Positions 55,494-64,000 of a DNA stretch of 64,000 bases are shown here, in pieces. Position 1 is the stretch's first letter, and every line of letters starts with the position of its first letter. The translations under genes and the position numbers were made by a program. The stretch is taken from NCBI RefSeq assembly GCF_009914755.1, contig NC_060947.1; one strand, given 5' to 3'. Origin of the DNA: the human T2T-CHM13v2.0 reference genome, Homo sapiens. Below the pieces are notes generated by a model. That model saw only the letters and a list, made by a program, of their open reading frames with translations, was not told the DNA's origin and ran no database searches.

Positions 55494-56650
55494 GCCTGCT
55501 GCCTGGGCACGGGAGACCACACTGGTGGAGGGGATGAGACAGGGCAGGCCCAGCCTTGGGACACCCCTGTCCCCACAGCTCCAGTGACTGGGTGCTTCCC
55601 CCAGCCCTGCAGAGCAGCCTGCCCCACTGCAGACAGTGCTGGTCCAGGGAGGTCCTCACAGGACAACCAGAGTTGTGATGCGGGTGATGATCAGAAGCTG
55701 TGAGTGTGGAGGAGGCAGGTTCTCTCTGTCTAGCCATTGTACAGATGAGGAAACGGTGGCCCAACGCCACACAGTGCCCAGCAGGGGTGGCCCCAGGAGC
55801 CAGTATTCCAGTTCAGGCTTGACTGACCTCATAACCCCCAAACTGGCTCATGCTGCCTCCCGGCTATGCTCTAAGATCCCCAAAGGGGAGGCCCTCACTA
55901 GACCCCCATCCTGTCCAATGCCCAGCACTGTGCCAGGCAGAAAAGTGACAAACAGTTGGCATCTCTTAAAGGGTGGTCCAGCCGAAGGAGCTGCCCACCC
56001 AGCTAGAGAGGGAGCAGCACCCTGTCCAGGCCTGTCCTGACAAATGGGGCCTGTATGAGGGAGGCCTGTTTCTGCAAAGAGGCTGTCCTTTGCCAGCCCT
56101 GCACACCCTCCCACTCAAACCTGTTGCTCTCTGCAGCAGTGGCTGACTTGAGACTCAGTGTTCTCTGTTCTTTCAGAGCAAATAAAGCTGACGTGTTGGC
56201 CTCCAGCTCTGTGAGGGAGGGAAGAGGTACCTTGGGCTCCCAGCTCCTGCCCACACACAGTAGACCTGGGGGCTGGGTTTCCTCCCCAGAGGAACACTGG
56301 TCCCCACTGAACCACATGTGAAACCTTGGCATTGTTGACTAAATTATGGCAGAGGGATAGGGCAGTTTGGGTCGGGTGGGAGAGGAGCTGGGGAGATAGG
56401 GAGGAGTGTTCATGGGGGTGGGGTGAGGAGAGGCGGAGAGGGGTGCCTTCCATGTCTTCTAAGGGATGTCTTCAATGTCTGCTGTGTGGACACGGGAGAC
56501 CACACTCGTGGAGAGGATGAGACGGGGCAGGCCCAGCCTTTTGGGACATCCCTGTTTCCCCACCTCCAGTCCCAGCTCCAGTGACAGAGTGCTCCCCAGC
56601 AAGGGGGACGATAAAGGGTACTAACCCAGCTTGTCCTTCCCCAGGACAAC
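55494..56650. repeat. Dispersed direct duplication (about 55494-55667 and 56477-56650)
   Basis: cacgggagaccacact..gatgagac.gggcaggcccagcctt..gggaca..cagctccagtgac..caggacaac; anchors at both ends are offset by 983 bp. Confidence 0.9.
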
Positions 56651-57849
56651 AGCAGTCTATGCACACCTCAGAGAGCCCAGGAGACCACAGCCCCTTGCAG
56701 ACAACCCACTGTGGGCTCCTGAGAGTTTGTCCCTGGGCAGACATCATCCTTTGCTTAGGTGATGGTAGCTTGTTTTTTGCCTCTTGTTCATTTTATTTTT
56801 AGACCCACTTGGCCAGCCTGTCTCCCAGCCTTTGCAGAATGTGAGCGTGCCCAGAGAAAGTGGTGGGCACATTAGTGAGGCGGGCAGGAAGACGGGTACA
56901 CTGAGGGGCTGTGAGGACAGCTGATAAAATGTTTGCTTAGCTTCATCTATTTATTAGCATGGTTAGAAACTGCTATTTATATTTTAACCCTTCAGAGACA
57001 GTCGTGAATCTCTGGATAAAAAGAGTTGGTTGATTTCCAGCCTGGAAAGTGAGAAATAATCAATAGTCACAGATCTGGTCAGGACTGCCAAGGGCGGGAG
57101 CCTGCTGGGGTGTGGCCCCCACCCGTTGGTCTGAGATGCCCAAGAGTGGCTGCCAGGAATGGTGGGCATCACCATGCTCACGCCACACCACCCCCTCAGC
57201 TTACATGGTCTCACTCAGCTACTCACGTGGCCATTGGTGCTGTTTATGTGAGGATCAATATAAGCAAAGTGCAGAAAATGCTCATGGAAACTGTGGCTGG
57301 CAAATCGTGATAGGGTTTCACACCTGGGAAAATGGAGACTCCTCCCCCGACCCTCCACAACTGTGGGAAGTGCTGGGAGCCATGCGGGGAGTGGCCAAGC
57401 TGCAATAAGAACCAGGGCCAAGGTTCCTTCCCCTATGTAGAAGATAAAGTTGAAGGGAAAGGAGGGGGTGGGGGGAGGGTGGGAGGGGTGCAGAAGCTCC
57501 CTCTCCTGTTTTCCCACCACCAGGAAGTATCCATGGGGAATGATGCACCCTGCCTCTTCTCAGGGTGGTGTCCCACTTCTGAGCAGGTACAGACCACCCT
57601 GTCACAGCTTTTTCTTTGCAGCTGCTCATGCCAAGGTCGGGTTGGTTAGAGGCCCCTGTGGAGTTATGGGGGGTGGTGATCAGATGAGCCTCTCTTTGAG
57701 GGAGAGCCACTCCAGCTCAAATCCACTCTGATCCTGCCACTGCCTCCCCAGAGGGCTGGCAGGTGTGACTGAAGTCACCAAGGGGTCAGGCTGTGGTGCC
57801 CATGCTCAGGGAGGGACTTGGGGCCTGGCATGTGTATGAACCTGGCAAG

Positions 57850-58740
57850 TGTTTTTGGGAGCGAACTGAGAAATTTCCTAATATTAATATGTTTCCACTA
57901 CAAGCTGTTTGCATCTCAGATGCCCTTGTATTTAGTCTGCTGTAATGGTGATGTTTTGGAACACTTATCAACAAGCATTTTGACAATTTGCTGTGGTTTT
58001 AGGAGCACTGGCTCCTGTCTTTGCAGCTTATTAATGGGAGACAGTTTAAGCATATGTGTAGACATAACTGAGTTCTTCCTGGAGCAAAACCGAAGTGCAA
58101 GCATCTCAGAATTTAACTGGAAATAAAGCAACCCAAATCTGTCTCCTGTCCCATGAGATCACTTAACCTTGCAAAAGGGACCAAGCAATGTGCATTTCAG
58201 TTCCTGATGGGGTTTTCCTGTGGGGTCTGAAGACTCTAGTGGTCTCCTTTCCTATGAATTTATGGCATCAAGCCTCCATCTACTAAGTCTAATCCTCAGT
58301 GTAGGTGAGAGGGAAATGAAAGGGCACCAGCCTGGCAGACGTGAAGGCCAACGCACCCCTGGCCTGCTCTGCACAGCCCCAGCCCAGCCTTCCCTGGCAC
58401 CTGATTGGAGCTCAGGTTTAGTGCAATTAACAGCTCAAGCCCATAGCTCATGTCTAAATTTACATTCATCATAATCCAAAAGCAAACATGTGCCTTTGAT
58501 AGCTCTGATTTATTCATAGGATCAGTTTGCTGTTCACGTCTTAATTGTTTTTTTAATAGCTTCGCGGTAGAAAATCAAAGCCTGATGAGTTTTGTATTAT
58601 ACAAACTTATTTTCTTGCTTTTTTTTGTTTTTCAGTTTTTAAAACTTAAAATATCTAATTAATCCGTGTAATCTGGATACATTCTGTTTAAACCTTTCAT
58701 GCTCATATAAAATAATGATGCAAATGTAGCTAATTGGTAT
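57850..58740. promoter_or_regulatory. Candidate developmental enhancer / conserved non-coding element
   Basis: No repeat recognised; AT-rich; octamer ATGCAAAT 58718-58725, TAATTG 58731, TAATTAATCC 58656, TGATTTAT 58506, TAATCC 58472. Confidence 0.4.
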
Positions 58741-60414
58741 AGCAGGTTTTTTCCTTTTTTTTTTTTTTTTTTTTTTGTTTGTTTTTTTGTCTTGCCAGAT
58801 ACATCAGCAAATATATGTTCAGGACAAGAAGGTTGTGAAGCAAGAAAACGAATGAAATCCCAACGATCAGGGGGATGTTAAAGGAGCTTTACTACCCATT
58901 GGCAAATGTTAACAAAGATTCCTGGAAAGAAGTTCAGTTAGCACAGCGCTGAGGGGCACTCTTCTTCCTTTGGCCTCCGTTTCACAGAGTACTTGCCTGA
59001 GAGGGGCCCCTTCGGGCCCCGTGGCCAGGCAGTGCCCTGATAGCGCCCGCCTTCTCCAAGCCTCACTTGTGCATTGGCAAAGCTTTCTGCAGCCTTAATC
59101 CCATCACCTCCTGCCAGCCGTGTTGTGAGCCTGCCTTTCCTCTTAGCATCTCCCTCTTGGCAGACTGGCGAGCGAGTGAGCAAGGGCAATGCTTGTCTGC
59201 AGCCACTCAGCTAGTCCATGCAGAAGCCAGGAAGCGATCTTAGAGCTGTCTGACTACAGATCCTTGGCCTCTCCCTCTGTGGTCTGAGGAAAATTCCCCT
59301 GACCTCAGCCTTGAGTCACCTCTGAGGTCGAGAGGTCTGCGGAGGCAGAGGAAGGCTGGGACACACCAGTGCACACCAGCTCAGCCATCTCCTGGCTCAG
59401 GAGCATCTCTAGAGCTTGCCGACACATCTCAGTTGGCAACCCTGGCCGCCCTCCCCTGCCTCCAGAGCCCCTATCCCTGTCATTCCCCAGCCTTGCCTGC
59501 CTAGGCTCAGAACTGAAATCCCAAGAAACAAAGAGGCGATTCAGGTGCAAATATCCCTAATGAATAAAGAAAGGAGATTCACTTGCCAGATTATTTAAGG
59601 CAAGTTGTCAAAGCCATTTCTCTTTAGCAAGCACGTTACTTCTGGGGGCGGGGAGTGCGGGGATGGGGGTGAGGGCCTGTAAAGGGCACCAGCCACTCTC
59701 CAAAGCCTGTCTTCAGATTCCCTCCTGGAACCAGTACCTGCAAGGAAGAATGGATGAGCAATTTGCAAAACATTACCACTGGCGGAGTGAGGAAAGCTCC
59801 TAGGAACAGGTTTATTTGACTAGACTCTGGGCAGACAGATTATAAACTTGCCTTGTCACCAGGAGACTAAAGATGAGGATACGAGACTCCTTGGACGTTT
59901 CCCAGCAGGCTGGGTCCCTCCCAGGACTCTGCTGATGTGTCTGCAGGAGGGCTACTGGCAACTCCCTGTGGCCACCACTACCACCACCACCTGCCCAGGG
60001 AGCTGCCTTAGGGGTAGTGCCGCTCAGGGTCCCAAGTAATTAGAAGCTGCATTGGACTCAAAGACCTTGTCCTGGTGCTTCTCCACTTTGGCTTAGAAAC
60101 AGGCTGTGATGGAAAGGAAGACTCACAAGGCTGGGCCTCATTTCCTTTTTGGCCATTCTCACCTCCATTCCAACATCAAGACATTGTGCAGACCCCACAT
60201 AACAGCAGCTAGCAATATTTTTATCATCTGTTGACTGAGGAACACACAAGGATAAACAGCTGATTTGAGTTTAGCATCGGTCTTCGATGCAACTTTCATT
60301 GATCATACTAGCTCCCAGAGACATAGAGCTATGAAAGTTACATCCATCTACAGACAGTGCTTGGTATACACACGGATCCAGGCACTCCTGGCAGTAAGAA
60401 AATCACCATCACTG

Positions 60415-60715
60415 GGCTAAACTCATGGTGTCGGCAGGACCAGGCTCCTTAAAGCTCAGGGGAGAAAACTTCCTTCTCCCTCCAGCTTCTGGTGGCTCTG
60501 GGTGCTGCTTGGCTTGTCACTGCATCATTCGCTCCAGTCTCTGCCTCCATCTTCACATGACCCTCTCCCCTGTGTGCCTCTTCTGTCTGTGTCTTCTCTT
60601 CTAAGGACACTTGTCATTGCATTTAGGGCCCACTGAGATCATTCGGGATCATCTCATCTTAAGATTCTTACCTTAATTGCATCCGTAAAGACACTTTTTT
60701 CAAATAAGTTCACAC
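60415..60715 (-). mobile_element. MLT1 LTR fragment
   Basis: ccagcttctggtggct...ctctgcctccatcttcacatg...taaggacacttgtcattgcatttagggccca. Confidence 0.88.
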
Positions 60716-60719
60716 ACCC

Positions 60720-61225
60720 TTGCTCATAAGCCTTTAAAGGCTCTCTGCTGCCTCTGAGATGCTGCCTGAGCTGCTCCATCTGGCACTCAACACTCCCCAG
60801 TCAGACCCCAGCCCTCCTCTGCAGCTCTCCTCTCTCTGCACCGCATCCTCCTCACACACATCTCTATCCTAACCTGGCCGCTTTGCTCCTCCAGCATACC
60901 CTGACTTCTCCTGCCCCTATGCCTCTATTCTTTCTTCCTCGCATAGAATACTCTTCCACACCTACCAGCCTCCTTTTCACTCTTCCAGGCTCAGCTCAAA
61001 CCCTACTACCTCTGAGAAGCCTTCCCAGTCTGGCCGTGCTGAGAATGACTCCCTCCCTCTGCATGGTTCTTTCCAGAGGATTCATATCCAGATCACGGCC
61101 AACCCTGCGGCAAACTCACCTAATTAGGACTTCCTTTCTCCCTTGAGGGGATGGGGTTTTACTTTCCCTGGGATCTCTGACACCTTGTACACGATAGGGT
61201 ATACAATGGATTTTTGTTGAATGGA
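60720..61225 (+). mobile_element. LINE-2 3' part
   Basis: ctcagctcaaac...ctgagaagccttccc...ttttgttgaatgga. Confidence 0.65.
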
Positions 61226-62039
61226 AGTGGAGGCGATTTGTGCATCTCTTGTTGCCCCCATTGCTTAGTGGAGAAGAAAATTAACTATGTCCAAGAGGGG
61301 AGAAAAGGTACAAAAACGAGCTGAGAGAGAAGGGATTCAGAGTCACCCAGTATGACAGATGGCATTCAGAGATCCTGACTCCTGCCCTGGCCTCTCCCAC
61401 TTCCCTCTACTACAGTTTAGAATCCCTAGGGCACCCCTTTGCCTCCTGCAGCACTTTGAAGGCCTGAAGTTGCCCTTGGCATAGACACTTGGGGTTCAGA
61501 CTGTTGACATGTAACATGAGTGCAGATCTTGTTCAGATTGCCACAGCCTTTGCAGATGTCCCTGAAGTCCCCTTCCCACTTCTTCCTTGCTTTTTGCCAA
61601 GGGTAGACCTCTTCCTTTTGGCTCCTCTGGCTGTTGGGAAAGTAAGGCTGGTCCTTTCTGTCTGGACCTGATGCCCACAGCTAGAGGCCGCACCCAACCC
61701 CAACTAAGCAACACCTCTGGAGTCTGTCCCCAGAACCTCCCTGACTTGCCCCCACCACCCCAGGATGCATGGCCCCCAGGCAGCCATTCACTCTGCTCAC
61801 TCAGGGACTTGCTCTCTTTGTCCACAGTTTCTTTTTGACTTCCTAGGCTCTTCACACCTGCCTCCATTGGAGTACCAGCTCAAGGGCTCCATCCTGCAGC
61901 CACTATGGAGGGGGGGAGGGGTGGGCAGAGCATGAACTGTAACATCAGCCCTGGGTTCACATCCCAGCCCTCTGCTTTTTGCTAGCTTGTGACCTGCTTT
62001 GAGCCTCATTTCCCGATGGACACATTCATTCACTTATTC

Positions 62040-62063
62040 AGAAAAAGGAGAAGGAAGGAAGGA

Positions 62064-62094
<31 letters not shown>

Positions 62095-62228
62095 AGGGAA
62101 AGAAGAAAGAGAGAGAGAAGGAAAGAAGAAAGAAAGAAAAAGGAAGAAAGAAAGAAAAAGAAAAAGAAAGAAAGAAAGAAAAAGAAAAAGAAAGAAAGGA
62201 AAAGAAAAGAGAAAAGAAAAGAAAAAAG
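62040..62228. repeat. Polypurine (GA)n/(GAAA)n compound microsatellite inside an antisense L2 tail
   Basis: About 190 bp of pure purine, flanked by cattcattcac and tttatggagcacctacc. Confidence 0.95.
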
Positions 62229-63539
62229 ATCTTTATGGAGCACCTACCAGGTACCACACCTACGGTGTGCTAGACATCAGCAGCAGCAGCAGTGTAACAG
62301 TGCAAAGGACAAAATCCCTGCCCTCAAGGGGCTCCCCTTCTGGTGAGGTGCTAGCCATGTGAATAAGCAGACTAGAATGGGACAGAGGGTACAGGGTTGT
62401 GCCATGCCCTGTGCTCTGATGTGACTACTGGGCTCCTCAACAACTCCCACTGTCAAGCATTATATTCCAAGAGCACAGTGAAGGGTTAGGGACTAGAGAA
62501 TTCTTACTTGCAATAAAAAGTCATTTTCCCTGCAAGGATTTCAATAAGAGAGATTTTTGGGAAAAAATAATAGCTATGGGTGTATTTGGCCATTGCAAAA
62601 GATAATCAGCTGCTCCAAATGCATAGAACAGCCTTAAGTACCACAGGACCTGCCTTCAACAGCAAATACAGCCACAGTCAAGTTTGTGTGCCCTCGAGTT
62701 TAATATGGTGTGATTGATAAACTGCACATAATTTAATAGTTTTTCAGGAAGAAAGAGAGAATCAGCAACATGGCATTGAAGGTACCCGTTGACAGTGACG
62801 TGCATCACAGCATTAACAGGTGAGGAAAGCATGCGGCTCTGAAAACCCTCTCCTTGCAGCCCAGCTCACGACCCACAAAGGCCTGCGGTGAGGCCAGTCA
62901 CTCTGCTAGCACAGCCAGTTTGTCTGTCAGTCACAGGCAACAGTCTTCCTCCTGCCCCCTCCCTGCCCCCATAGCCCCAGTTCCCAACTCTGATCATGTT
63001 ATAACCAAGAGCAAAATGTGATGCTTCTCTGTTCTGGCAGGAGAAATGCTTGTGTGTGCAAATGGGAGACAAAGGAAAGGGACCACCACATCCATGGAGT
63101 GCACCGCGTGAGAGAAATGCTCAGGAAGGGAATTGACCAGATTGGCTGTGGAGAGAAAAGAGAAGGAACATGGGAGGCAGAGGTATACCCAGGCTTCTGG
63201 CAGGTTACGGAGACCTGTACCCAGGAAAGAAACAACAGTCAGCAGGGGAGCTCCAGGTCTGGATCCGCCTTGAGCAGGGATCATTGTGTGTGCCTGAAGC
63301 TCCGTTTTCCATGGCCAGCTCTATTATGAGGGCTCAGGGGAGCTGGGTTAGGCTAGCCATGTCCCATTCCTGAAAGGCCAGCTCTGGGTCAGAAATGTGC
63401 CCTCTCTCTCCTAAAGCCCCAGAGACTGAGTGCTCCTTGTGCATCTCCCTAAATCCTGTTGTTTGTCCAGGCTCTAGCTGGGTCCCCCTTAGCAGCCCGC
63501 TCAGCAAGGCAGGCCTGGAGTCCCACCACTGGGGCTTCT

Positions 63540-63730
63540 CTCTCAGTTGGTTCCACCTCTCCTAGCTGAGCAACCAGGCTTTCACTGCTGAATGTCTGAG
63601 CCAGCTCCATCGTACAACAGGAGTGAGGGAAGTACCTGCTTCACAAGGTTGTCATAGCCATCAAATGGGATCACACTCTAAAGGCAGGTAGGGCAGTGCC
63701 TGCATGGCACTTGGTGGATGGTCAATAAGA
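63540..63730 (+). mobile_element. MIR fragment
   Basis: tccacctctcctagctgag...acctgcttcacaaggttgtc...cagtgcctg. Confidence 0.5.
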
Positions 63731-63804
63731 CTTTATCCTTCTTCCTTCATCTTCCTCTTCCTCCTTCCTGTTTCCCCTCCTCTCCTTGGTATTGTTGCTA
63801 TTTT

Positions 63805-64000
63805 GTATTGGTTTCTGTGCCTACTGTAACAAATTACCATAAACTTCGTGGCTTAAAACAGTGACAACTTATTCACTGATGCAGAAATGTATTTATTCAT
63901 TTATTCTCCAACAGTTCTGGAGGCCAGAAATCAGAAATCAAGGTGTCAGCAGTTCCAAGCTCCCTGCGAAGGCTCTAGGGGATAATCCTTCCTTGCTTCT
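63805..64000 (-). mobile_element. MLT1 LTR (runs off the window end)
   Basis: tgtattggtttctgtgcctactgtaacaaattacc...cagttctggaggccagaa...gaaggctctagggg. Confidence 0.88.

Noticed and set aside
54287-56040. Cluster of 110-200 aa ORFs and possible CpG-island promoter
   Set aside because: GC-rich stop-poor DNA with overlapping ORFs in all frames; CpG too sparse for an island
61989-62346. Lys/Glu/Arg-rich and Phe/Ser-rich ORFs
   Set aside because: Translation of a GA/GAAA microsatellite

Overview
Hominoid (human-like) nuclear DNA: AluY/AluYd and L1PA3-5 insertions lie on an older background of MIR, L2, L1M, MLT1 and hAT elements. I see no intact protein-coding gene, rRNA, tRNA or CRISPR array, and the ORFs in the track are L1 ORF2 remnants, repeat chimeras or chance ORFs. 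The block at 8.5-20.1 kb is a stack of nested LINE-1/Alu insertions. The best non-transposon signal is a decayed minus-strand coding-like locus at about 0.44-5.8 kb: a TATA box, a Kozak ATG, a 2.2 kb exon of degenerate 21-bp (heptad) and longer protein-level repeats ending in a strong GT donor, then several small, mostly phase-compatible candidate exons. It may be a lost (unitary pseudo-)gene, but I cannot assign it to a family. Further minus-strand exon-like or coding-like remnants lie near 22.7, 39.5 and 41.2 kb, and several AT-rich clusters of homeodomain/POU/PBX motifs suggest developmental enhancers. Repeat subfamily calls are from memory of consensus sequences and boundaries are approximate. 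The chromosomal locus is not identified.
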